Shown here: in pieces, positions 36,236 to 43,953 of the stretch
Numbering within the stretch: the stretch's first letter is position 1
Layout: every line of letters starts with the position of its first letter
From: Planctomycetota bacterium
GTDB lineage: Bacteria; Planctomycetota; SZUA-567
Assembly: GCA_031289115.1 (NCBI GenBank)
Contig: JAITQC010000152.1
Span: 1-61,382 of the forward strand
Length of the DNA stretch: 61,382 nucleotides
Direction of reading: 5' to 3'
The notes under the pieces: generated by a model
The model's input: the letters and a program-made list of their open reading frames with translations, nothing else
Told to the model about the DNA's origin: nothing
Databases searched by the model: none
Made by a program: the position numbers and the translations under genes

Positions 36236-36655
36236 CTAGCTCAAGTGGCTGGTAAACTCATCCATTGTTTTCGCTTCCAGTGATTTAACTAGTATGTTTT
36301 CCAGTAAGTTATAGTCTGGGCAGCGGATAATATTTTCCTTGACCGGAGTGGGTGCCGGGCCAAAGCGTACAGCTAAAACGGTCATAATATTGTTTTGTAT
36401 AGCTTCCAACTTTCCTTCTAACTTTCCTTCAACTTTTTCTTTCAACTCTCCATTCCACTTTCCCTCCAACCATTCTTCCAACCATACTTCCACCTTTCCT
36501 TTCACCTTCCCTTTCACCTCTCCTTCCACCTCTCCTTCCAGCCATTCTACCAACCATTCTTTCAACCATTCTTTCAACCATCCTTCTGTCCAGCCGTCCA
36601 ACCATCTTTTCAGTTCACTCTTAGCCTTGATATCGTCAATGCTGGTAGGAGCCAT
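36236..36655 (-). CDS. Orphan RpnS-like small protein, 139 aa, about 17 tetrapeptide repeats
   Basis: MAPTSIDDIKAKSELKR-(WLDG WTEG WLKE WLKE WLVE WLEG EVEG EVKG KVKG KVEV WLEE WLEG ... KLEG KLE)-AIQNNIMTVLAVRFGPAPTPVKEN... Confidence 0.6.
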   Translation of the reverse strand: MAPTSIDDIKAKSELKRWLDGWTEGWLKEWLKEWLVEWLEGEVEGEVKGKVKGKVEVWLEEWLEGKWNGELKEKVEGKLEGKLEAIQNNIMTVLAVRFGPAPTPVKENIIRCPDYNLLENILVKSLEAKTMDEFTSHLS

Positions 36656-37138
36656 TTTTTTCCTTTCTCTTGAGCAAGTATAGGTGTAATAACGGCGTTT
36701 CTAAAACCTCAAGGCCACCCGCCACGTTGACAACCTCCAGTATATATCGGCCGGTTTTGGCGGTAAAGCGCTTTATCCGGAGGCCGGAGTTGGCGGTGGG
36801 ATAAGGGGCGGATAAGATCGCCACCCAGCTGCTTTATACGCCGAGTTGGTCAGTAATGTCCGTATCAGTGAGGTTGAGGATCCCGGTTTTAAAATCAACC
36901 CGAAAAAGTTGTCGTTATCCAGAATAGCGCTTGTCACTAAAAGTTGTCGTGTTTGGTAATGTAATGCCGGTGGTGTTACGATAGGCACTGATAATCCTGG
37001 ACCAGGTGCTGACTTCTGATTTGCGGCGGGAGAGAAAAGAACGGGCCAAACAGGAAGATTTGGGGTGAGCGGAAGGCAGGGGAAAAACCCCGCTTCCCGG
37101 GTCGGTTTCACGTTCCTTCAAACGGGGGGCGGTAAGCC

Positions 37139-37510
37139 CTAGCTTAAGTGGCTGTTAAACTCTTCCATTGTTTTCGCTTCTGCTGATTTCACCAGCATGG
37201 TTTCTAGTAAGTTAAAGTCGAGACAGCGGAGTACTTTTTCCTTGACCGGAATGGGTGGCGGGCCAAAGCGGACAGCTAAAACGGTCATAATACTGTTTTG
37301 TGTAGATCTCAACTTTTCTTCAACTCTTTCTTCCAACCTTGCTTTCAACCTTTCTTTCAACCTTCCTTCCAACTTTTCTTCCAACCTTCCTTCCAACCAT
37401 TCTTTCAACCATATTTTTACCCTTACTTTTACAAAACCTTCTACAAAACCTTGTACAAAACCTTTCATGTTACTCTCAGCCTTGATATCGTCAATGCTGG
37501 TAGGAGCCAT
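37139..37510 (-). CDS. Orphan RpnS-like small protein, 123 aa, about 13 tetrapeptide repeats
   Basis: MAPTSIDDIKAESNMKG-(FVQG FVEG FVKV RVKI WLKE WLEG RLEE KLEG RLKE RLKA RLEE RVEE KLR)-STQNSIMTVLAVRFGPPPIPVKEKVLRCLDFNLLETMLVKS... ATG 37510 has the same SD context. Confidence 0.6.
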   Translation of the reverse strand: MAPTSIDDIKAESNMKGFVQGFVEGFVKVRVKIWLKEWLEGRLEEKLEGRLKERLKARLEERVEEKLRSTQNSIMTVLAVRFGPPPIPVKEKVLRCLDFNLLETMLVKSAEAKTMEEFNSHLS

Positions 37511-37993
37511 TTTTTCCCTTCCTCTTGAGCAAGTATTGGTGTAATAACGGCGCTTCCAAAGCTGCAAGGCCATCCGCCACGTTAACAACTTCCAGTATAT
37601 ATCGGCTGGTTTTGGCGGTAAAGTGCTTTATCCGGAGACCGGGGTTGGCGATGGGGTCTGGGGCGCAAAGAGCTCCACACCGCTGCCTTATACGCTGGAT
37701 TGGTCAGTAATGTCCGTATCAGTGGGGTAGCGGATTACTGTGTTAAAACCAACCCGGAAAAGTTGTCGTTATCCAGGATAGCGCTTGTCACTAATAGTTG
37801 TCGTGTTTGGTAATGTAATGCCGGTGGTGTTACGATAGACACTGATAATCCTGGACCAGATGCTGATTTACGTATTTACGGTGGGAAAGAAAAGGACGGG
37901 CCAAACAGGAAGATTTGGGGAGACCGGGAGGCAGGGGAAAAACCCCGCCTCCCGGGTTGTTTTCACGTTCCTCCGAACGGGGGGTGGCAAGGG

Positions 37994-38257
37994 CTAGCTC
38001 AAGTGGCTGGTAAATTCTTCCACTGTTTCCGCTTCCAATGATTTAACTAGCATGGTTTCCAGTAAGTTAAAGTCTAGACAGTAGAACACTTTTTCCTTGA
38101 CCGGAATGGGTACCGGGCCAAAGCGGAAAGCTAAAACGGTCATAATGTTGTTTTGTAAAGTTTCCAGCTTTCCTTCCAGCTTTCCTTCCAGCTTTCCTTT
38201 CAACTTTCCTTTCAATTCACTCTTAGTCTTGATATCGTCAATGCTGGTAGCGGACAT
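37994..38257 (-). CDS. Putative intragenic RpnS-like product (87 aa) translated from an internal start of the rpn gene
   Basis: In-frame ATG 38257 is preceded by CAGGAGGAAGGAAAGAAA (strong SD). The product MSATSIDDIKTKSELKG-KLKGKLEGKLEGKLE-TLQNNIMTVLAFRFGPVPIPVKEKVFYCLDFNLL... is collinear with the four orphan ORFs. Confidence 0.5.
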   Translation of the reverse strand: MSATSIDDIKTKSELKGKLKGKLEGKLEGKLETLQNNIMTVLAFRFGPVPIPVKEKVFYCLDFNLLETMLVKSLEAETVEEFTSHLS

Positions 38258-39022
38258 TTTCTTTCCTTCCTCCTGACCAAGTATTGGTATAAAAAACAGC
38301 TTTTCCAAAGCATCAATGCCACCTGCCACGTTGACAACATCCAGTATATATCGGCTGATTTTGGCGGTAAAGCTTTTTATCCGGGAATCAGTTTTGGCCG
38401 AGGCCATGATATTCCCCAACTGGGCAAGGGATTCATTATCCATGGGTGTCTCCAGGCCGTAAGTCTTTAACAGGAGCAAAATTGACTGCAGGAAGGGATG
38501 CCCCTTGCCGAGTAAAACCGGGGTACGAGTCAAATCAACAAACTGATACGGTAAATTGAGAATCCCATTGTCAAAACCAGGAAGAAGTTTACCCCACAAT
38601 CCGCTAATCCCGGGAGGCGCTTTCCAAAGCGCTTTACCGTGGTAGAGGGTAATCACGATGGGATAGGGAAGGGTTTGCGAATATCCTCTTTGGTCTGTAT
38701 CATTCATGTAGTCCACTGATTTGTTGATTGTGTAATGGATATTTCGCAGGCTCATCATGTAGTCTACAGTTGACTGATGTTCAAGAAATATGAATATTGG
38801 TGTGTCGTTACGTAATTGTCCTATATAACAGATGTCTCCTCTCACTTCGATCAAGTCATCGTTAATTATGCACATACTTGCCAATTGAAATGAATCCAAC
38901 TTGACACCATCTACCAGCCAGCTGGGAAGGTAGTGCTCCACCAGGCCCCGGAAAATATCGGGGTAGGCAAAAAAACTCCGCGCCAGACGGTCATGCGGTT
39001 GGTAAATCGAGGTACCACGCAT
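37994..39022 (-). CDS. Full-length Rpn/YhgA-like recombination-promoting PD-(D/E)XK nuclease (putative transposase_31 family) with a DUF4351-type C-terminal domain
   Basis: N-terminal PHDRLARSFFAYPDIFRGLVEHYLP, a nuclease core ...GDICYIG...IFIFLEHQST..., and LPYPIVITLYHG. These align by eye with E. coli RpnA (PHDALFKLFL..., YCLIEHQST, LPMVVPLLFYHG). ATG 39022 lies 6 nt after AGGAG. The 5' two-thirds is clearly AT-richer than its surroundings. Confidence 0.88.
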   Translation of the reverse strand: MRGTSIYQPHDRLARSFFAYPDIFRGLVEHYLPSWLVDGVKLDSFQLASMCIINDDLIEVRGDICYIGQLRNDTPIFIFLEHQSTVDYMMSLRNIHYTINKSVDYMNDTDQRGYSQTLPYPIVITLYHGKALWKAPPGISGLWGKLLPGFDNGILNLPYQFVDLTRTPVLLGKGHPFLQSILLLLKTYGLETPMDNESLAQLGNIMASAKTDSRIKSFTAKISRYILDVVNVAGGIDALEKLFFIPILGQEEGKKMSATSIDDIKTKSELKGKLKGKLEGKLEGKLETLQNNIMTVLAFRFGPVPIPVKEKVFYCLDFNLLETMLVKSLEAETVEEFTSHLS

Positions 39023-39513
39023 TTTCATTCTCCTGTTCATAGAGATAGCTATATATAAATTACAAAAGCTGGATAGCTCCAATAATATGAACCTTTTTAG
39101 AGATGTCAATATATAATCCAAAAAATATTGGCAGGTGGCAACAACATCTTGGCTTGAGGAATGGGATCGCTAGGCTGAGACGCTACTGGCGCCGGAATGT
39201 TTGCCAAGGAAGGATGGTCGTGCCGCCCTAGGTGGCGGCGTGCCCCGCGACGGGTTTTAGCCTGGGTTGGCGCTAGCGTTCTGACGGAGGAGATGCGGGC
39301 GGGGGGAGAAGAGTCAACCTCGGCGGGCTGGGTAAAAGCGCTGCGGGGTTAAGCGATAAGTAGCTGCAACCAATTGAGTGGGGGCGCTATACATTTTAAG
39401 CCGGGGTTTTCCGGCTGAAATTGTCACTTCAAACCGCTGGTATGGCCGATATTAAAGATAGGGCTTGCCCCGTTGATAAACGGGGTGACAAGGAAGATTA
39501 GGAGGACTGCCAA

Positions 39514-40323
39514 TTGGATGGCATGGCGGCAAACAACACGCTTGGGTTTATCCCGGCGATTTGTATGGGGATTATCCAGGGCCTTACCGAGTTTCTCCCG
39601 GTTTCATCCTCCGGACACCTGGCCTTGGCCGGGCATTTCGGTTTGGGAGTGGCGAATCCGCTGTTTTTCGACGCCTACCTCCATATGGCCACCTTACTGG
39701 TGGTTGTCCTGCATTTCCGCCAGGATCTTGCCGATTGTTGGCGCCGGGATCGCTGGGTAATTGGTTATATCCTGCTCGCCACCTTTCCTACCGCGGTTAT
39801 CGGTTTCACCTGCCAGGACTATTTTAAGGCGCTTCGCCAGTCGCCGACCATGATCGCCCTAGGCCTTCTGGTGATTTCCACCACCCTTTCCCTGGCTGAC
39901 CTGGTGCGGGGCGGATTCGCCCTTGAACGGCTAGGAAAATTCGGGGCTTTTTTCCTGGGCCTGTGCCAGGCTCTGGCGCTCGCCCCTGGTATTAGCCGCA
40001 GTGGTATCACCATCTCTGGTGCTATCCTCTGCGGGGTAGAACGGAAAAAGGCTTTCCGTTTCAGCTTCCTCCTAGCTATCCCCGCCATTGCCGGGGCGGT
40101 GGGGTCGGAAGGATTGGTTTTCTGGCAACAGGGGGGAGAGGGTGAGTTGTGGCGATTCCTCTTTTCCTGGGTAAACCTGGCGGCTTTCGCTGTCACGGCG
40201 GGAGTAGGCTACCTTTCCCTGCGTCTTCTCGGACGCCTGGTGGAAGGGGGTAAACTCTCTTGGTTCGCCGCCTATTGTTTCCTGTTGGCGATGCTGGTGC
40301 TGGTCTATTTCAATTACGCCTGA
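39514..40323 (+). CDS. uppP: Undecaprenyl-diphosphate phosphatase UppP (BacA)
   Basis: GIIQGLTEFLPVSSSGHL and PGISRSGITISG motifs. 8-TM protein, 269 aa. Confidence 0.93.
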   Translation: MDGMAANNTLGFIPAICMGIIQGLTEFLPVSSSGHLALAGHFGLGVANPLFFDAYLHMATLLVVVLHFRQDLADCWRRDRWVIGYILLATFPTAVIGFTCQDYFKALRQSPTMIALGLLVISTTLSLADLVRGGFALERLGKFGAFFLGLCQALALAPGISRSGITISGAILCGVERKKAFRFSFLLAIPAIAGAVGSEGLVFWQQGGEGELWRFLFSWVNLAAFAVTAGVGYLSLRLLGRLVEGGKLSWFAAYCFLLAMLVLVYFNYA

Positions 40324-40411
40324 CCCCCGGTGGGTGGGGGAAAGGGATACTCCGGGTGGCGGTGTTTACCCGCCAACCGGTTTTTTACCAGGGGTGACAA
40401 GGCAGGGGGTT

Positions 40412-43123
40412 ATGATGCGTAAAGCTAAGGATGGCGGTGAACTGGAATTGGTGGAGGGCGGAGGCAACCTGTGGTTGCTGGCGGTATTCACCGGTCTGGG
40501 GTTGGCTGGCCTGGGGATTTTCCTTTTCCTCTCCTTCGCCACCGCCGACATCTATCTTGACCCAGCCGATTCGGCACGGCAATGCTGGACCGGATTGGTC
40601 GGGGCCTGGCTATCCTTCTGGGTGTTGGTAACCCTTGGCAAGATCCCCGCGCTGGCTCTGGCGGTCCTGGTGACCGCTTGGGGTGTAAGGGCGGTCCGGG
40701 CGCGCTGCTTTCTAGCCACCTGGCCGCAAGTGTTAGGCGGAGTGGTGGTGGTGGTGGCCCTAGCCATGGGTCTTTGCGCTGTCCGTGACCGTTATGACCT
40801 GGACACAGGTGGCCTCCTGGCTGTCTACGCCTCCCCGCCAGCCTTGCTCTTTTTTGGCAACCGGGGTCTCGCCCTGGTCGCTCTTTTCCTCCTGGTGGCA
40901 GGAGTGCTCCTGGCTTTTGGCGAATTCGCGATTTTCGGGGTAAAAACCACCATCCTGTCGGCCTGGAACAGTTTTTTTGTCAGCCTGGCCTTTTTCCGGC
41001 GCCTGTTAGCCATCATCCGTTTGTTGGCGACCCCCCGCCTGGTAGCCTTGGCTAACGCTGGCGGGACAGGAATGGCCCGGGTCGGGACAGCTAGTGACCC
41101 CACCCGCCCTCTTTCGCGTCCGACCCGGCTGGACAAGGCGAAAACAGATGACTCCGAACCGGCTGGGACGGTTGACGCCGAGGGCGAAGGGCGGGAAGAC
41201 AAGCCCGATCTGTCCAAGGTGTGGCAGCCGCGGGAAAAATTCGTTTCCCGGTTTGTCGACCAGCCGCAGGGGGCGGAAACCCCGCCAGCGCGGGAAGATC
41301 CGGAACCGTGGGTGGTGGCGCCTTCCGAGGAAGTCCCGCTGACGCTCTCCGAAGCCGACTTTCTTCCCGTCCCGGTGACTGGTAAAACCGTACGGCGGGA
41401 TTTTGTCAAGGAACCCCTGAGGGAAGTGGTGGTGGAAAGTGAAGAGCGGGAGGCGCCAGTGGCCCGCCCGGCCGTTCCTTCCAGCCGTCCGGTTGTCCGT
41501 CCCGCCGCTAGCAGCGCACCGGCTGTAAGTAAGGGAATAGAACATTACGAGATACCCCCGCTGGCCATTCTTGACCCGATTCCTCCGCCGGCGGTGGAGA
41601 ATCGAGGAGAGCTGGAGCGCTGCTCCCGCATACTCGAGAAAACCCTGGCCGAGTTCAAAATCGAGGGCCGGGTGGTGCATGTGGAACGCGGACCCCGGGT
41701 CACCCTCTACGAGATTAGCCTCGCCCCGGGCATTCGTCTGAGCAAGGTTACCTCCCTCTCCGACAACCTGGCTATGCAACTCAAAGCCGAGTCGGTGCGT
41801 ATCATCGCCCCCATACCGGGAAAAGACACCATCGGGATAGAAATACCCAATCTCGACAAGGAGCTGGTGGTACTAAAGGAGATAGTCGCCTCGGTAAACC
41901 GCGAGAAACGCCGGCAGGCGCTACCGGTGTGCCTGGGTAAGGACGTTTCTGGCCAGTCCCTGGTGGCTGACCTTACTAAAATGCCGCATCTCCTGATCGC
42001 CGGCGCCACCGGCAGCGGCAAGTCGGTCTGCATCAACTCCATCATCATGTCAATACTTATGTGCTGCCGTCCGGAAGAGACCCAGTTGATCCTCATTGAT
42101 CCCAAGGTGGTGGAACTGTCCCGCTTCAAGGACATACCACACCTGATGAGTCCGGTCATCACCGATATGAAACGGGCGGTGTCGGTACTCGACTGGCTTT
42201 GCCAAAAGATGGACGAGCGTTATGAGCAGATGTCCCAGGTGGCGGTCAACAATATCGCCAAGTTCAACGCTCTGGGTGAAGAGGAGATCCGCCGGCGTCT
42301 GGACGCTTATTCTAGCCTGGAGGAGATTGAGGCTTTTCCCAAGCACTTACCCTACATGGTGGTGATTATTGACGAACTGGCCGACCTCATGATGGTGGCT
42401 GGCAAAGAAGTGGAGCACCATATCACGCGTTTGGCTGCCAAGAGCCGGGCGGTGGGGATACACTTGATACTCGCCACCCAGCGCCCTTCGGTGGATGTCA
42501 TCACCGGTCTTATCAAGGCCAATATGCCTTGCCGCATCGCCTTCCAGGTGGCTAGCCGGGTGGACAGCCGCACTATTCTCGACCAGAACGGGGCCGAGGC
42601 TTTGTTGGGGCAGGGGGATCTCCTCTACCTCCCGCCCGGGGTAGGCAAACTCACGCGTTCGCAGGGCGTCTACGTCTCTGACGAGGAGCTTTTCCGGGTG
42701 GTCGACTTTGTCAAGGCCGAGGCGCTTCCCCAGTATCATCCCGATCTTCTTGGTCCGGTCATTGGTGGCGACCGGGCGGTGGATGTCTCCGAGTTTGACG
42801 AGCTCTTTCTCGAGGCCGGAGAAGCCATTATTGAGAACCAGCGTGGCTCGGTGTCGCTCCTGCAACGGAAATTTGGCATTGGCTACGGTCGAGCCAGCCG
42901 CCTTATCGACCAGTTGGCGGCGGCGGGGGTGCTGGGAGCCTTCCGGGACGGCAAGGCCAGGGAAATCCTCCTCAGTATGGAGGAGTTTGACGCCAAGTTC
43001 CGGGAGTCGGAAGAGGACGATAGTGAGGATGACGGGAAGGGAAGCCTGGCTGGCCTGCGTTTGGACGAGGAGGAACCGTCCGGAACGAACTGGGAGGATG
43101 GAGAAGAGGACGCCGAGGAATAG
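40412..43123 (+). CDS. ftsK: DNA translocase FtsK
   Basis: N-terminal TM helices and a Pro/Glu-rich linker. Motor domain with Walker A LLIAGATGSGKSV, Walker B VVIIDELADLMM and ILATQRPSVDVITG. C-terminal gamma winged helix (SVSLLQRKFGIGYGRASRLIDQL). ATG 40412 is preferred over the listed GTG 40334. Confidence 0.95.
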   Translation: MMRKAKDGGELELVEGGGNLWLLAVFTGLGLAGLGIFLFLSFATADIYLDPADSARQCWTGLVGAWLSFWVLVTLGKIPALALAVLVTAWGVRAVRARCFLATWPQVLGGVVVVVALAMGLCAVRDRYDLDTGGLLAVYASPPALLFFGNRGLALVALFLLVAGVLLAFGEFAIFGVKTTILSAWNSFFVSLAFFRRLLAIIRLLATPRLVALANAGGTGMARVGTASDPTRPLSRPTRLDKAKTDDSEPAGTVDAEGEGREDKPDLSKVWQPREKFVSRFVDQPQGAETPPAREDPEPWVVAPSEEVPLTLSEADFLPVPVTGKTVRRDFVKEPLREVVVESEEREAPVARPAVPSSRPVVRPAASSAPAVSKGIEHYEIPPLAILDPIPPPAVENRGELERCSRILEKTLAEFKIEGRVVHVERGPRVTLYEISLAPGIRLSKVTSLSDNLAMQLKAESVRIIAPIPGKDTIGIEIPNLDKELVVLKEIVASVNREKRRQALPVCLGKDVSGQSLVADLTKMPHLLIAGATGSGKSVCINSIIMSILMCCRPEETQLILIDPKVVELSRFKDIPHLMSPVITDMKRAVSVLDWLCQKMDERYEQMSQVAVNNIAKFNALGEEEIRRRLDAYSSLEEIEAFPKHLPYMVVIIDELADLMMVAGKEVEHHITRLAAKSRAVGIHLILATQRPSVDVITGLIKANMPCRIAFQVASRVDSRTILDQNGAEALLGQGDLLYLPPGVGKLTRSQGVYVSDEELFRVVDFVKAEALPQYHPDLLGPVIGGDRAVDVSEFDELFLEAGEAIIENQRGSVSLLQRKFGIGYGRASRLIDQLAAAGVLGAFRDGKAREILLSMEEFDAKFRESEEDDSEDDGKGSLAGLRLDEEEPSGTNWEDGEEDAEE

Positions 43124-43373
43124 GTGTCAGTCGCCTTCATCATCCAGGTGATGGTTTTCCCAGCTTGTTGCTAAAAATAGCGAAAACGAAGCAATTGGCG
43201 TAGAAGGGTTTGGCAGCGTCGCCCTTAATTTGGCCAAGCCTAGCGGCGCCTGGAACGGCGGGCGACCGGGGTAGGGTGGGTTAACCGAACCAGGATGAAC
43301 TCTTCCGCCGCCTCCTTGCCGCTTCTGGCTGATTCCCAGGTCTCTACGCTCACCGGGTTGTTTTTTGCCGATC

Positions 43374-43406
43374 GCCAAATCGCCAGTTGCCAACTGGCGA
43401 TTTGGC
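43374..43406. repeat. 33-nt perfect palindrome GCCAAATCGCCAGTTG-C-CAACTGGCGATTTGGC in the ftsK/MFS intergenic region
   Basis: Read directly from the sequence: 16-bp arms around one central base, preceded by a T6 run. Confidence 0.85.
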
Positions 43407-43953
43407 TTAAAACCATCAGGTCACTCTTCCTAAAAGGCGCGCATATACTTCATATTTGAAGCGGAAAACCCCGTAAGTCTGGCAATTCAAACTTTAACTT
43501 CCTAGAGATTTCCTTAGTCGCGCCCATGCCCTATTTACCGGATCGCGTATTCTCAGTTAGTCCCACTATTGGTTGCAGTTGTCGAGTGGCGCGGCGTATT
43601 CGCGGGTGCGCTCCACAGGTCTACCAGGCAAGGTGTCGTTCGTAAAAGCGCGGGTGAATGTTATGGGAGGCGGCGTTCTTGATTGTTTACCATTCCGGGC
43701 GAAAAAAGCCCATATTGGTAAGGCCTTGATTGTGCGTGAATACAATACGCCGGTTTCAGACGTACCAAGTATATTTTGCTGGAGGGGTAAATTTTTAGTG
43801 TAGTACTGTACCCCATGACACAAGGTAAGCTCGGGTGGAAAGAATTGTGTCTAGCCAAACCGCAGGGGGCCAGGGGACCCGGTTGGGTCACAGGGTGGGG
43901 ACAGGCGTCTAAGGCTGGTCAGGCGGGGACAAAACTAGGTTCCCGGGTGGCTT

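Larger units (their letters stand above)
34796..38257 (-). repeat. Tandem array of four 0.7-0.9 kb direct repeat units plus the homologous 3' end of the full-length rpn gene
   Basis: Units start at about 34796, 35504, 36236, 37139 and 37994 (plus-strand CTAGCTCAAGTGGCTGGTAAA...). Each has an RpnS-like ORF, ~135 nt homologous to the rpn coding sequence upstream of its internal ATG, and a ~340-nt conserved non-coding spacer. Confidence 0.9.

Noticed and set aside
34995-37710. Plus-strand ORFs recurring in the repeat units (34995-35324, 35770-35970, 37525-37710; MSKYWCNNGVSKAARPSA...).
   Set aside because: They are the mirror image of the rpn-homologous segment and the SD region on the opposite strand. 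Their recurrence is explained by the DNA repeat itself. They have no RBS, and their frame is broken differently in each copy.
34796-38300. CRISPR array, diversity-generating retroelement or retron as an explanation for the regularly spaced repeats.
   Set aside because: The units are 700-900 bp, not 25-40 bp repeats with spacers, and they contain homologous ORFs. No reverse transcriptase, cas gene or template/variable-repeat pair with adenine-specific differences is present in the window.
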